64,000 bases of DNA, from the NCBI GenBank assembly GCA_031409275.1, contig JANNXA010000033.1, forward strand, positions 1-64,000. The letters are read 5' to 3'. Positions 17,822-28,355 of this stretch are shown one piece after another. The position numbers and the translations under genes are program-made. Origin of the DNA: Planctomycetota bacterium. GTDB taxonomy: Bacteria; Planctomycetota; B15-G4; SIAN01. Below the pieces are notes generated by a model that worked only from the letters and a program-made list of their open reading frames with translations, made no database searches and was not told where the DNA came from. Every line of letters begins with the position of its first letter. The first letter of the stretch is position 1.

Positions 17822-19759
17822 CTACTGCCGCTTCTGCTGCCCCCGCTCTCGCGTGAGCGCCACCTCGACCGCGACCGTCCCGCCACGCACCAGCTCGATC
17901 GCGATCGGTTCGCTCGGCAGGTAGCCCTCGAGGCCGTCGATCACCAAGGTGGCGGGGCCTTCGCCGTTGACCCGCAGCCGGATCGATGAGTCGGCGCCGT
18001 GGACTTCGGCGCGGGTGATCCCCTCGACGGACTTCCCCTGCAGGTGGACGACTCGGAAGGCGTCGAAGTCCTCCACCGGCACCCGCGCGTCACCGTCGCG
18101 CAAAGTCATGACGAGCTCCGCCAACCCGCGCATCGTCCGCTCGATCGTCGTCGCGCCGCCGCCCACCGTGTGGCGCGTGAAGTCGAGCCAGACGCCGCGC
18201 GGCTCGACGCCCGCCGCCAGCGCGAGCTCGGCGGCCGGCACCACCAGCGTGAATGTCCCGTCGGGAGCCCAAGTCGACTCGCCGCCGACCGGTGCGATCG
18301 TTCCTTCGCGATCGTCGCCAGCGACCCAGTCGTACCAGCACGGAATCAGCAGTTGCGAGTCGTCCGGTCCGACCACACGCACCGTGACGACGGCCGGCGG
18401 CGGGATCCGCAGCTCGACCTCGACGGCGCCGGTGGGCGATGCAGGGACGACGAAACGAGTGGCGTAGCGCCACGGCTCGAACCAGGCGACCGCCTCGCCG
18501 GGAGGCAGCGACTCGAGCGCGAAGTGGAGCGTGTCGGCGCGCGGGCCGGGATCGAGACGATGCGCGCGGCCATGGCCGCCAGCGTCCCTCTCGGCGAACG
18601 GATCGAGCGACTGGATTGCGATCCGGTCGGGCAGCGCCGGCATGTCCGCCGCCAACCACCCTTGTCCCAGTACGACGCGCCCCGTGACCGCGACGCGGGG
18701 CGGCGTCGGTGTTGGCTGCCAAGCGAGGAGCAGCCGTGCGTCATCCCCCGGCGCCAGCTCGACTTCGCTGACGGCGTGGACGAACCGGTCTTGAAACATC
18801 GCGACGCTCCCGATCACGACGATCCAGCCGCCGATCGGAAGGTCGGTGAAGGTCACCCGTCGCTGCGAGTCGATCGGGTCGGCTTGATCGGGTGCGAGTC
18901 GCGCCAGCAGCTCCATCAGCTCGAGCGACACCTCCGACCAGCGTGGCGTCGCCAGCAACCGCGTCGCCGCGTCGAGTTCGCGCTCCATTTGGGCGCTGCG
19001 GCCGGCCGGATGGGCGGCGGCGTTTCGTTCGAGCCGGCGCCGCCCGCGCTCGATGCCCAACGCGACCGATTCGCGCGAGTAGAGGCGGGCGTAGAGGCGC
19101 TCTTCGAGCGGCGCACCAGTCACTTCGACGGTGAGTCGCGTCGCAGGGGAGAGAGCGACGGTCCGCTCGCCGCCGGAGTGCCAGTCGACCTCGAGCGTCT
19201 CGCGCGCGTAGCCCGCCGCCTCCACGATGAGCTTGCGCGCGCGCGGCCACTCGCGATGCGGATGGAGCTGCAGCGGCGACCCGCCAGTGGCGAGCCGCCG
19301 TGCGTCGCGACTCGGGGTCGGGTCGAGATACAGCAGCGCCGGATCGATCTCGCTGCAACGCACCTCGACCTGCGCCAGCGGCGCTCCGCTCGTGCGATCG
19401 ATCACGTGCAGCGTCACCGGAACGACCGGCGCGTCGGTCGGCGGGTCGGGCGCCTGGTGTTCAAGGTCGAAGGGGGCGGCGGGGTGGGTGGCGCCGGCGG
19501 GCGGCGCCACGGTGCGGAGCTCCGCCGTGCGCTCCGCGGTGGGCGGCGGTGCCACCGTGTCGGCTGCCGCGGCGCGCTCCTCACCGCCCGTTGCATCGTG
19601 CGAGCCTCGCTCGTGCGAGCCGACCACGCGTCGCCCATCACCTCCCGCCAGCAGCTGCCACGCCACCGCCGCGATCAGCAGCAGCAGCGCGAGCGGCAGC
19701 AGCCGTGCGGCGAGGGATCGCCGGTGAGAAGGGCCGCTACTTGGCAACGCAGACTCCAT
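17822..19759 (-). CDS. Membrane-anchored beta-sandwich repeat protein (paralog A)
   Basis: N-terminal TM anchor, Pro/Ala linker; shares blocks with 19778-21658. Confidence 0.75.
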   Translation of the reverse strand: MESALPSSGPSHRRSLAARLLPLALLLLIAAVAWQLLAGGDGRRVVGSHERGSHDATGGEERAAAADTVAPPPTAERTAELRTVAPPAGATHPAAPFDLEHQAPDPPTDAPVVPVTLHVIDRTSGAPLAQVEVRCSEIDPALLYLDPTPSRDARRLATGGSPLQLHPHREWPRARKLIVEAAGYARETLEVDWHSGGERTVALSPATRLTVEVTGAPLEERLYARLYSRESVALGIERGRRRLERNAAAHPAGRSAQMERELDAATRLLATPRWSEVSLELMELLARLAPDQADPIDSQRRVTFTDLPIGGWIVVIGSVAMFQDRFVHAVSEVELAPGDDARLLLAWQPTPTPPRVAVTGRVVLGQGWLAADMPALPDRIAIQSLDPFAERDAGGHGRAHRLDPGPRADTLHFALESLPPGEAVAWFEPWRYATRFVVPASPTGAVEVELRIPPPAVVTVRVVGPDDSQLLIPCWYDWVAGDDREGTIAPVGGESTWAPDGTFTLVVPAAELALAAGVEPRGVWLDFTRHTVGGGATTIERTMRGLAELVMTLRDGDARVPVEDFDAFRVVHLQGKSVEGITRAEVHGADSSIRLRVNGEGPATLVIDGLEGYLPSEPIAIELVRGGTVAVEVALTRERGQQKRQ

Positions 19760-19777
19760 CGCGATTCGTTGTGCGTT

Positions 19778-21658
19778 TCATCGCCGCAGCCGCTCGAGCG
19801 CCACGCTCACCTGCACCGTAGCGCCGCGCACCAGCTCGACCTCGATCGGCGCGATGGGCGCGTAGCCCGGCGGCTCGTCGATCGAGAGCAACGCCGGCCC
19901 CTCTCCGTCGATCATGACCGTCGGCACCGATTCGTCCCACGCGCCTTCGATGACCAGAGCTCCCGACGCGACGCCCGGTCCGGTGACTCGGCTGCAGACC
20001 AGCCATTGGAAGTCTGCGGGGACGAGGGTTTTGCCTTCGCGGAACTCGACCTCGAGGCGCGCCGACGGGCAGACCACGAGCTCGATCGATTCGCCGCTGC
20101 GGTCGACCCGCCGGTCGAACCGCTGTTCCCGACCGAAGGCGCCTTGCGGTGCCGCGAAGAAACGCCAGTTGCCGGCCGGCAATCGCACGTCCACGGGCTG
20201 GCTGCCGCTCGCCATCGGCGACCCCGGGAATTGCTCGAGCGCTCGCGGCTCGCTCGCCGCGACCCACCGGAGGTCGGCGGCGATGCAGGTCGCGTCGCCA
20301 GCGTGCGCCACCGCCCGCACGGTCAACGCCGTGGGCGCCGGGATCGCGAGCTCGACGACTGCCGATTCGTCGGCGCCGTCGAGCGGCTCGGCGACGGTGA
20401 AGGCGACGCGATAGGGCCACTCGAGGAAGGTCGCGATGGCGGCGCCGACGGGGAGCGACCCACCTTGGAATCGCCGTTCGTCGTCGTTCTCACCGTCGTC
20501 CAACCGCACCTCGCAGCCGTTGGCGCTCCATTCGGCCGCGCTCGGCATGCACGACTGCAGCCAGACGGAGCCTGGCAACGGATCCATTCCGGGCGCGAGC
20601 CAGCCGCGGTCGAAGCGGACGTGACCACGGACCGCGAGCAGCCGTTGCTCGGCCGCAGCTTGGTAGCGAAGCGTCAATGACGAGCGCTCGCCCGCGACGA
20701 TGTCGAAGCTGCCGACGGCGTGCAGCCTCGCCTGCGCGCCGACCGACCGCGGATTGGAGTAGAGCGCGGCCCGCCAACGACCGGCGGCGAGATCGTCGAT
20801 GCGGCGCACCGAGAACGCGGTGATGACGTCGATTCGTTGCGCCGGAATCGACCGCAGAAGGCTCTCGACTTCGAAGCTCGGCGGCACGGGAAGGAGATCG
20901 GCGATCGTCGAGTCGAGGCTGCGTTGCTTCCGTTCCAACCACGGCGGCACCGGTGACGCGGCTCGATCCTCGGATCGTCGCAGCCGCTCGATCCGCCGCC
21001 GGAGCCACTCCGCCTCCTCCGTGAGCGCGTCGATCGAGAAGAGCCGCACGGTGAACCGGGTGTCTGCGGGCGCGCCTTCCAGATCGAGGTCGAGGCCGCC
21101 CGCTGGGTGCAACTCGATCGTCCGCTCACCGCCTGCCATCCAGTCGATCTCGATCCGCGCCTGCTCGTAGCCGCTGGCGCGGACGAAGAGGGTGTCGCGA
21201 TGGAGCGGCTGCCCGTTCGGTGGCAACAGCCTCAGCGGTGCCGCGCCCTGGACCACGAACACGAGTTCATCGAAGCGGACGAGCTCGTCGGCGGGAGCGC
21301 CGCGTGGTGCGGCTCGGCGGACGGTCACCTCGTGCAGTTGCGCACCGGTGAAGTGGTCGATGACGTGAAGCAGGAGCGATCGCATCCCGTCCGCGTGCTC
21401 GCCAGGCTCGTCCTCGCCAGGCTCGGTCGGCCGATCGTCGGGCGCGGCGATCGAGCGCGTGGCCGGCAGCGAGTCAAGCTCCGCCGCGTTGGGCAGCGGT
21501 GCTGGTGCGTCGCCGCGGAGGTTGGCGCCCTCTGGAGTGGCGAGTCGCGGGCGCGAGTCGCGCAGCGCCAACCACCCGCCGATCGACAGCAGCGCGACCC
21601 ACGCGAGGATCACGATCGCCGCGAGGGCGCGGCGACGGGCAAGAGGTGGCGTGGTCAT
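19778..21658 (-). CDS. Membrane-anchored beta-sandwich repeat protein (paralog B)
   Basis: Start revised to MTTPPLARRR, with GGAG upstream; the rest of the 1553 aa ORF is antisense to the PVC gene. Confidence 0.75.
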   Translation of the reverse strand: MTTPPLARRRALAAIVILAWVALLSIGGWLALRDSRPRLATPEGANLRGDAPAPLPNAAELDSLPATRSIAAPDDRPTEPGEDEPGEHADGMRSLLLHVIDHFTGAQLHEVTVRRAAPRGAPADELVRFDELVFVVQGAAPLRLLPPNGQPLHRDTLFVRASGYEQARIEIDWMAGGERTIELHPAGGLDLDLEGAPADTRFTVRLFSIDALTEEAEWLRRRIERLRRSEDRAASPVPPWLERKQRSLDSTIADLLPVPPSFEVESLLRSIPAQRIDVITAFSVRRIDDLAAGRWRAALYSNPRSVGAQARLHAVGSFDIVAGERSSLTLRYQAAAEQRLLAVRGHVRFDRGWLAPGMDPLPGSVWLQSCMPSAAEWSANGCEVRLDDGENDDERRFQGGSLPVGAAIATFLEWPYRVAFTVAEPLDGADESAVVELAIPAPTALTVRAVAHAGDATCIAADLRWVAASEPRALEQFPGSPMASGSQPVDVRLPAGNWRFFAAPQGAFGREQRFDRRVDRSGESIELVVCPSARLEVEFREGKTLVPADFQWLVCSRVTGPGVASGALVIEGAWDESVPTVMIDGEGPALLSIDEPPGYAPIAPIEVELVRGATVQVSVALERLRR

Positions 21659-21739
21659 CGACTCCTCCGCGGGCAGACGGACGGTCAGGAGCGTACCGGA
21701 CAGCGGTACGCTCCGAGCTCTTCGAGGAGGGGGCAGACG

Positions 21740-24700
21740 ATGGTGGCGATCCGCTTCGGCGCTTTCGTTGCGACATGGGTGGGATGGCTGACGGCGGTCG
21801 CGTCCACGACGACGACGCCGGCAGCAGCAGCTCCCGACGACTCCCCGTTCCTGCTTCCGCCGCCCGCGCCTGGCGCACCACGCCTCGCGGCGACGACCTT
21901 CGCCGAGGCGCCGCAACCCCACAATCCCACCAGCCTCGACGTCGACTGCGAGGGACGGGTGTGGGTGACGGAAGCGGTGAACTACCGCGGCATCCCGGCG
22001 CGCGATCCCAACGCCTTGAGTCGCCCCAACGGCGATCGCGTGGTGATCTTGATCGATCGCGACGGCGATGGCGTGGCCGACGAAACCAAGCTCTTCGTCG
22101 AGGATGCGGAGCTGGTGGCGCCGCTCGGCATCGCGGTGTTGGGTCGGCCGGGCGGGCCGCGCGAGGTCTACGTGAGCTGCTCGCCCAACGTCTTCAAGTA
22201 CGTCGACGTCGATGGCGACGACGTGCCCGATCGGCGCGAGACCTTCCTCACCGGTTTCGGCGGCAAGGATCACGACCACGGTGTCCACGCGCTGGTGCAG
22301 GGGCCCGACGGCGCGCTCTGGTTCAACGCCGGCAACGAGGGGCCGCATCGCGTGCGCGACGCCGCCGGCTTCGAGCTGCGCGCTGGCTCCTTCACCAGCG
22401 GTGCTGCGGGCGGGCCGGGCAGCGACGGGCACGAGTGGATCGGCGGCATCAGCCTGCGCATCGGACGCGACGGCCGCGGCCTCGAGGTCCTGGCCCACAA
22501 TTTCAGGAACAGCTACGAGCTCGCCGTCGATGCCTTCGGCGATGTGTGGCAAAACGACAACGACGACGACGGCAACCAGGGCTGTCGACTCACGTGGGTG
22601 ATGCACGGGTCGAATCAGGGTTACGCGAGCGCCGATGGCAAGCGCAGTTGGCAGGCCGATCGGCGGCCCGGGCAGTCGACATTGACGGCGCATTGGCATC
22701 AGGACGATCCGGGGGTCGCGCCGTTCAGCGCGGCGACGGGCGCGGGTGGGCCGACCGGGATCATCCGCTACGAGGGGAGCGCGCTCGGCGCGGCGCTCGG
22801 GGCTGAGTTCGATGGGGCGCTCTTCTCGTGCGATGCGGGGCGCAGTCTCGTCTACGTGGCGCAGCCGGTCGCGCGCGGTGCCGGTTTCGTGATGGAGCCG
22901 CAGCCGTTCCTGCAGAGCCGACCCGGCGCACCGCAAGCGAGCTGGTTCCGGCCGAGCGACGTCTGCGTCGATGTCGACGGCGGGCTGCTGGTGGCCGACT
23001 GGTTCGATCCGGGCGTCGGCGGCCACGGCATGGGCGATCGGCAGGGCGGCGGCCGCATCGTTCGCATCGCGCCGGAAGGGGCGCGGCGCGATGTCGCGCG
23101 ACCCGACGTGACGACGCTCGGCGGCGCCTTCGTGGCGCTCGACTCGTCGGTCCTGCACGTGCGCGCGGCGGCGTTCGATGCGTTGCGCGAGCTGCTCGCG
23201 GGGCAACACGACGCGCTGCAGGAGCTGGCGCGCGACATCGAGCGGCGCGGCGCGACGCCCGCCGCGGCGCGGCGCCTCTGGCTGCTGGCGCAGACCGGCG
23301 AGGCGGGCGAGCGGCTGGCGTGGCGCTTCGTGGCGCCATCGATGAACGAGGCGCTGACGCTGGTGGCGTTGCGCGCTCTGTGGCCGACGGCGATCGCGCC
23401 GCGTTTGGTCGGCGGCGATGCGGCGATCGTGCAGGTGCTCGGCGAAGTGGCGCAAGTGGCGGGGCCGGCCGTGCGCCGCGAATTGGCGGTGCGGCTGCGC
23501 ACCGCGCCGCTGCCGGCGAAGTTGCAGCTGCTGATCCCGCTGGCGAGCCGCCTCGATCCGGCCGACCGCTTCGAGGTCGAGGCGTTCGGCAGCTTCGCGG
23601 AAGGGCACGAGGCGGAGCTCTGGCCCACGCTGGTCGGGGCGCTCGGCGATACGCCCACCAAGTGGAGCGCGCGCTTCGAAGCGCTCGCGTGGCGCCTCCA
23701 TCCGGTGGCGGCGATCGAAGCGTTCCGCGCACGCGCCTTCGCGGTCGAGCTCGACTTCGCGGCGCGCCGCCGCGCACTCGACGCGCTCGCGTTCGTGCCC
23801 GATGCGCGCGCGAACGAGGTGCTCTTCGAGTTGCTGCGCAGCGATGCGCTCGGCAGCGGCAGCGACGAGTTGCGGCCGCTCGCGGCGGCGTGGCTGCAGC
23901 AGCGCGGCGGTCTGGTGCTCGAGCGCGGCGAGGAGCTCTGGCGGAGCGGACGCTTCGCCGTCGAGCCGGCCGCGGCAGCAGGTGCGCCAGCGACGACGAC
24001 CGTGACTCTGGCGAACGGCGAGAAGCTTGCTGCGAAGGACGTCTCCGTCGACCTCTCGATCGAGGGGGCCGAGCTGCTCTGGCTGGTGGTCGACGACGGA
24101 GGCGACGGCAACTCGCACGACTGGGCCGACTGGATCGAGCCGAAGCTGCACGGCGCTCCGAGCGCCGATGGCACCTGCGAGACGCTTTCGCTGTGCGAGA
24201 TGACCCCGCTGATCGCCAACGTGGGCTGGGGGACGCTGGGTGTCGATCGCAGCGCGGGCGGCGGCCGTTTGACCGTGAACGGCCGCGAGCACGCCACCGG
24301 CTTGGGTGTCCACGCCGCCTCGGAGCTCGCCTTCCTGCTGCCGCGCGGCAAGTACGTGCGCTTCACCGCGAGCGCCGGCCCCGACGACGGTGGCTGGAAG
24401 CAGCCCGGCGCGCGCCCGTCGCTGGAGTTCGTCGTCCACGTCAAGCGCGCGGCCGACGCCAGCGCTGGCGCCGTCGACCCGGCACGCGCGGCGCTGCTCG
24501 CGCGACTCGAACTGCAGCGGGCGCGCCTCGCCGACCGCGCGACGCCTCGTGCCGAGCAGCTCGCCCTCGTGCGCGCGCTGGCCGCGGAGCCCGCCGCCGG
24601 TCTGCTCCTGATCGAGATGGCGGCGCGCGGCGAACTCGACGAGGAGCTGCGGATCGCAGCGGCGCCGTTACTGCTGCGCCATCCCGAGCTCGCGGTGCGA

Positions 24701-25198
24701 GCGCTCGCCAGCGAGTCGTTCCCGCGAGTGAACGACGAGGGCGTCGTGGTGCCGAGCGTCTCGGCGTTGTTGGCGCTGAGCGGCGACGCGGCGCGCGGCA
24801 GAGCGCTCTTCGTCACCGATCGCGTCGGGTGCGCGAAGTGCCATCGCCTCGGCGACGAAGGGGGCGATGTCGGGCCCGCGCTGACGGTGATCGGCACCAA
24901 GTACGACCGCGCGGCGCTGCTCGATGCGCTGCTGCAACCGAGCGCCGCGATCGCGTTCGGCTTCGAGCCGTGGATCGTGCAGACGAAGGGTGGCGATCTG
25001 TGGTCGGGCTTCCTGCTGAGTGACGGCGATCCGCTGATCCTGAAGGAGTCGAGCGGCGCACGTCGCTCGCTCCCGGCGGCCGAAGTGCGCTCGAAGCGGC
25101 GCTCGACTCGCTCGCTGATGCCCGACAACGTCGCCACCGGATTGACCCCGCAAGAGCTCGCCGACCTCGTCGAGCTGCTCGCGCGCGCGGGGAAGTGA
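21740..25198 (+). CDS. PVC-type membrane-bound dehydrogenase-like protein with NPCBM insert and c-type heme (CxxCH)
   Basis: GAGGAGG RBS; propeller motifs GRVWVTE, DRDGDGVAD, FRNSYE, FRPSDV; NPCBM GLGVHAASE; CAKCH and SLMP. Confidence 0.9.
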   Translation: MVAIRFGAFVATWVGWLTAVASTTTTPAAAAPDDSPFLLPPPAPGAPRLAATTFAEAPQPHNPTSLDVDCEGRVWVTEAVNYRGIPARDPNALSRPNGDRVVILIDRDGDGVADETKLFVEDAELVAPLGIAVLGRPGGPREVYVSCSPNVFKYVDVDGDDVPDRRETFLTGFGGKDHDHGVHALVQGPDGALWFNAGNEGPHRVRDAAGFELRAGSFTSGAAGGPGSDGHEWIGGISLRIGRDGRGLEVLAHNFRNSYELAVDAFGDVWQNDNDDDGNQGCRLTWVMHGSNQGYASADGKRSWQADRRPGQSTLTAHWHQDDPGVAPFSAATGAGGPTGIIRYEGSALGAALGAEFDGALFSCDAGRSLVYVAQPVARGAGFVMEPQPFLQSRPGAPQASWFRPSDVCVDVDGGLLVADWFDPGVGGHGMGDRQGGGRIVRIAPEGARRDVARPDVTTLGGAFVALDSSVLHVRAAAFDALRELLAGQHDALQELARDIERRGATPAAARRLWLLAQTGEAGERLAWRFVAPSMNEALTLVALRALWPTAIAPRLVGGDAAIVQVLGEVAQVAGPAVRRELAVRLRTAPLPAKLQLLIPLASRLDPADRFEVEAFGSFAEGHEAELWPTLVGALGDTPTKWSARFEALAWRLHPVAAIEAFRARAFAVELDFAARRRALDALAFVPDARANEVLFELLRSDALGSGSDELRPLAAAWLQQRGGLVLERGEELWRSGRFAVEPAAAAGAPATTTVTLANGEKLAAKDVSVDLSIEGAELLWLVVDDGGDGNSHDWADWIEPKLHGAPSADGTCETLSLCEMTPLIANVGWGTLGVDRSAGGGRLTVNGREHATGLGVHAASELAFLLPRGKYVRFTASAGPDDGGWKQPGARPSLEFVVHVKRAADASAGAVDPARAALLARLELQRARLADRATPRAEQLALVRALAAEPAAGLLLIEMAARGELDEELRIAAAPLLLRHPELAVRALASESFPRVNDEGVVVPSVSALLALSGDAARGRALFVTDRVGCAKCHRLGDEGGDVGPALTVIGTKYDRAALLDALLQPSAAIAFGFEPWIVQTKGGDLWSGFLLSDGDPLILKESSGARRSLPAAEVRSKRRSTRSLMPDNVATGLTPQELADLVELLARAGK

Positions 25199-25247
25199 CG
25201 CGGCGCGCGCGGGCGCGCTGCGCAAAGGGGAGGCGGAGGGAGTCGCC

Positions 25248-28200
25248 ATGACCGAACGCAAACTGGAAAAGGTCGCGACGGGTCGCGACTGCCTCTATCC
25301 GAAGCTCCTGCGCGCGGAGGAGGAGAGGCGGGTCGAGCAGCGACGCGCGGCGGCTTCGCTGCCGCCGTTGTCGGAACAACCGCGCATCGGGGTTGCTGTC
25401 TCGGGCGGCGGCATCCGGAGCGCAACGTTCGCGCTCGGCTTCTTCCAATCATTGGCGCGCCTGAAGCTCGTGCGGCAGATCGACGATCTGTCGACGGTTT
25501 CGGGCGGCGGCTACTTCGGCGCCTTCCTCGGCCGGCTCTTCGGGCGTGACTACGTGGTGCCGGCGAAGGTGAGGGATGGGGACGCACCCCTCGCGGCGGG
25601 AGCCGCGCGCGAGTTGCCGGTCGATCGCGTCGAGCAGGCTCTCGCCGCCGAGCCCGGCGAGTTCACCTTCGATCGCAAGGACGCCACCGCGCGTTTGCCG
25701 CCGCGCCGCACCTCGATCCGCAAGGCCGGTGCGATCGGGCAGCTGCGCGACAACGGCCACTACCTCGCGCCGAAGGGCAATGCCGACCTCGTCGTGTTCG
25801 GCGCGACGCTGCTGCGCAACTTCCTGCTGCTGCAGGGCGTCGTGCTGGCGACGCTGACGGCGCTGCTGCTCTTCCCGCGCCTGGCCGACGCGACGATGGC
25901 GCTCTTCAGCGACACGGCGATGGAGAGCTTCCTGCCGCCGATCTTCGGTTCGCTGGACAGCGACTTCATCGGGCCGGTGCTGACGACGGCGGACGGCAGC
26001 GCACCCACGGCACTCAGCTTCGACTTCAACGACTCGCCCGTCCTGCTCTGGTTGCTGGCGGCGGTGCTGGTGGTCGGCGTCATGCCGTGCCTGTTTGGCT
26101 ACTGGGTGATCGCGTCGCGGCGCGGGCCGCCGGCGGATCGTTCACTGGTGCGGCTCGACGCCTCGATCCCGTGCTTCCTCATGGCGGTGTCGGCGTTGCT
26201 GGTGCCGCTCGCTTGGTTGCGGCCGGGCGAGTTGAACGTGGAATCGCTGCTATTGCGCGCGGCACCCGGCGCGGCGGGGCTGCTGTCGCTGATCGCCGCA
26301 GTGCTTGCCAAGCGCAGGGTCGATCGCACGCCGGATGTGAAGCAGACGGCGGTCTACCGCTGCCGCGCCACGTTGACTCAACGGCTGACGTTGGCGCTCA
26401 TCGTCACCGGCGCGTTGCTGCTGTTGGGAGCGGTCGATCTGTTGGGTGCGTGGCTGCAGCGCGAGGGCGTGATCTCGGGGCTGAAGCACGTCGCCGCGCT
26501 GCTCGGCGGAGGCACGGCGCTGGCCGGCTTCGGCAAGCGACTGGTGGTGATCCTGGGCGGCGATGGTCCATCGGCGCGGCCCGCCTGGTGGTCGACGGCG
26601 GTGGCGTGGGCGACCGCGCTGTTGTGGGCGTTCGTGCTGCTGGTGAGCGCCGATGTCATCGCGCGAGCGCTCGCGGCCGGCGGTGCGCGCGCGGTGGTCG
26701 ATGCGGTTCGGTTCCTGCGACCTGAAGCCGAGTTCCAGCTCGACACGCTGATGCTGGCGGCCTTCACGGGGATCGCGGGGGTCACCGCGCTTGGCGTCAT
26801 GGCGGGTTGGCTGCTCGGACGGCAGCACCGGCTGGTGAACCTGTCGGGTCAGAACTCGATCTACGCCGCACGCCTCACTCGCGCCTACCTCGGCGCCTCG
26901 AACCCGGCGCGGATCTACAAACGGGTCCAGCTCAGCGACTCGATCGATAGCGACGATGCGACCGTCGCGAGCTACTGGCGCCACGACCGCGGTGCGCCGC
27001 TCCACTACATCAACACCACCATCAACGAGACGGTCGACGACTGCTCGGGAGTGCAGTCGCTCGATCGCCAGGGGCTGCCGCTGGTGTTGGGTCCGGCGGG
27101 GCTCTCCGCCGGCAAGAAGCACCACTACCTGACCGATTGGTCGACCCATGGAAGCGAGAGCGACGAGGCCGCAGCTTTCGTCGACCAGTCGCTCGCGCCG
27201 CATCACCCACGTCCGATCGATGCCGACGAAGAGTCGTCGATGGATGGCGTGAAAGCGGGCGACCATCGCCCCTTCGTCGTCTTCGCCGACGGTTTCCGGC
27301 CCGAATGGCTCACCATCGGCAACTGGGTATCGATCTCCGGCGCAGCCTTCTCGACAGGGCTCGGCTCGCAGACGACGCTGGGCATGAGCCTGCTGTGCGG
27401 CCTCGCCAACGTGCGCCTGGGCTGGTGGTACGACACCACGATTCCGTCCGAGCGGCGCGGCGGCTCGCGACTGCTCGCATGGCTCGACCACCACTTCATG
27501 GTGCAGTCCTACCTGACGCGCGAGCTGCTGGCCCGTTTTCACGGGATCAACCGCCGCCACTGGTACCTCACCGACGGCGGCCATTTCGAGAACATGGGCG
27601 GCTACGAGCTGATCCGACGGCGCATCCGCCACATCGTCGTGGTCGATGGCGAGTGCGACCCCGACTACACCTTCGAAGGGATCGGGCAGCTGGTTCGTCT
27701 GGCCCGCGTCGACTTCGAGACGGAGATCCGCTTCTGCAACGAGGTCGAGCTCGACGGATTGGTGTCGCCGGAGCAGCGTCGCTTCTTCGGCTCGCTCGAT
27801 CACCTGCGCCGCGGTCGTTGGGAAGGAGTCGGTGAGCCGGGCGACGTCGAGGCGGGGCGCAAGGGCGCGACGTTGGCCGATGCCGCGGCCGATGGCCGCT
27901 CGTTGGCGCACGCGGCGTTGGCGATCATCCGCTACCCCGACGGCGCGATCGGTCAGCTGGTCTACGTGAAGACGACGTTGCTCGGCGACGAGACGGTCGA
28001 CCTCGCGCACTATCACGCCGCTCACGCCGAGTTCCCGCATGAGACGACGGCCGATCAGTTCTTCGACGAGTCGCAGTGGGAGAGCTACCGCAAGCTCGGC
28101 GAGGTGATCGGCGAGCGGCTCTTCGCGCCGGGTTGGCGTCCGCTCTACGGCAGCGTCGTGCAGAGCTCGCGAGCGGGCGAGTGGTCGCCGGCGGATCTGC

Positions 28201-28292
28201 TGCGGGGACGGCTCGCGGGGGAGGAGCGCGAAGCTCCTGCGGCGGTGGTCGAGCCGATCGAGGGCCCGCGGGCGGCCTCTGCCAACGGGTGA
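25248..28292 (+). CDS. Patatin/cPLA2-like phospholipase with central TM region
   Basis: SGGGIRSA, STVSGG, ISGAA, LTDGGHFEN, FPHETTADQFFDESQWESYR. Confidence 0.88.
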   Translation: MTERKLEKVATGRDCLYPKLLRAEEERRVEQRRAAASLPPLSEQPRIGVAVSGGGIRSATFALGFFQSLARLKLVRQIDDLSTVSGGGYFGAFLGRLFGRDYVVPAKVRDGDAPLAAGAARELPVDRVEQALAAEPGEFTFDRKDATARLPPRRTSIRKAGAIGQLRDNGHYLAPKGNADLVVFGATLLRNFLLLQGVVLATLTALLLFPRLADATMALFSDTAMESFLPPIFGSLDSDFIGPVLTTADGSAPTALSFDFNDSPVLLWLLAAVLVVGVMPCLFGYWVIASRRGPPADRSLVRLDASIPCFLMAVSALLVPLAWLRPGELNVESLLLRAAPGAAGLLSLIAAVLAKRRVDRTPDVKQTAVYRCRATLTQRLTLALIVTGALLLLGAVDLLGAWLQREGVISGLKHVAALLGGGTALAGFGKRLVVILGGDGPSARPAWWSTAVAWATALLWAFVLLVSADVIARALAAGGARAVVDAVRFLRPEAEFQLDTLMLAAFTGIAGVTALGVMAGWLLGRQHRLVNLSGQNSIYAARLTRAYLGASNPARIYKRVQLSDSIDSDDATVASYWRHDRGAPLHYINTTINETVDDCSGVQSLDRQGLPLVLGPAGLSAGKKHHYLTDWSTHGSESDEAAAFVDQSLAPHHPRPIDADEESSMDGVKAGDHRPFVVFADGFRPEWLTIGNWVSISGAAFSTGLGSQTTLGMSLLCGLANVRLGWWYDTTIPSERRGGSRLLAWLDHHFMVQSYLTRELLARFHGINRRHWYLTDGGHFENMGGYELIRRRIRHIVVVDGECDPDYTFEGIGQLVRLARVDFETEIRFCNEVELDGLVSPEQRRFFGSLDHLRRGRWEGVGEPGDVEAGRKGATLADAAADGRSLAHAALAIIRYPDGAIGQLVYVKTTLLGDETVDLAHYHAAHAEFPHETTADQFFDESQWESYRKLGEVIGERLFAPGWRPLYGSVVQSSRAGEWSPADLLRGRLAGEEREAPAAVVEPIEGPRAASANG

Positions 28293-28355
28293 GCGCGCGC
28301 GGCGAAACGGCGTTGGGTCGCGTAGGCTGCCCGCTTCCCTCTCCGTGGAAGCCCC

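Noticed and set aside
19778..24439. 1553 aa minus-strand ORF as one giant protein
   Set aside because: The part above 21658 is the antisense shadow of the PVC heme protein; a credible start with RBS and TM anchor lies at 21658.
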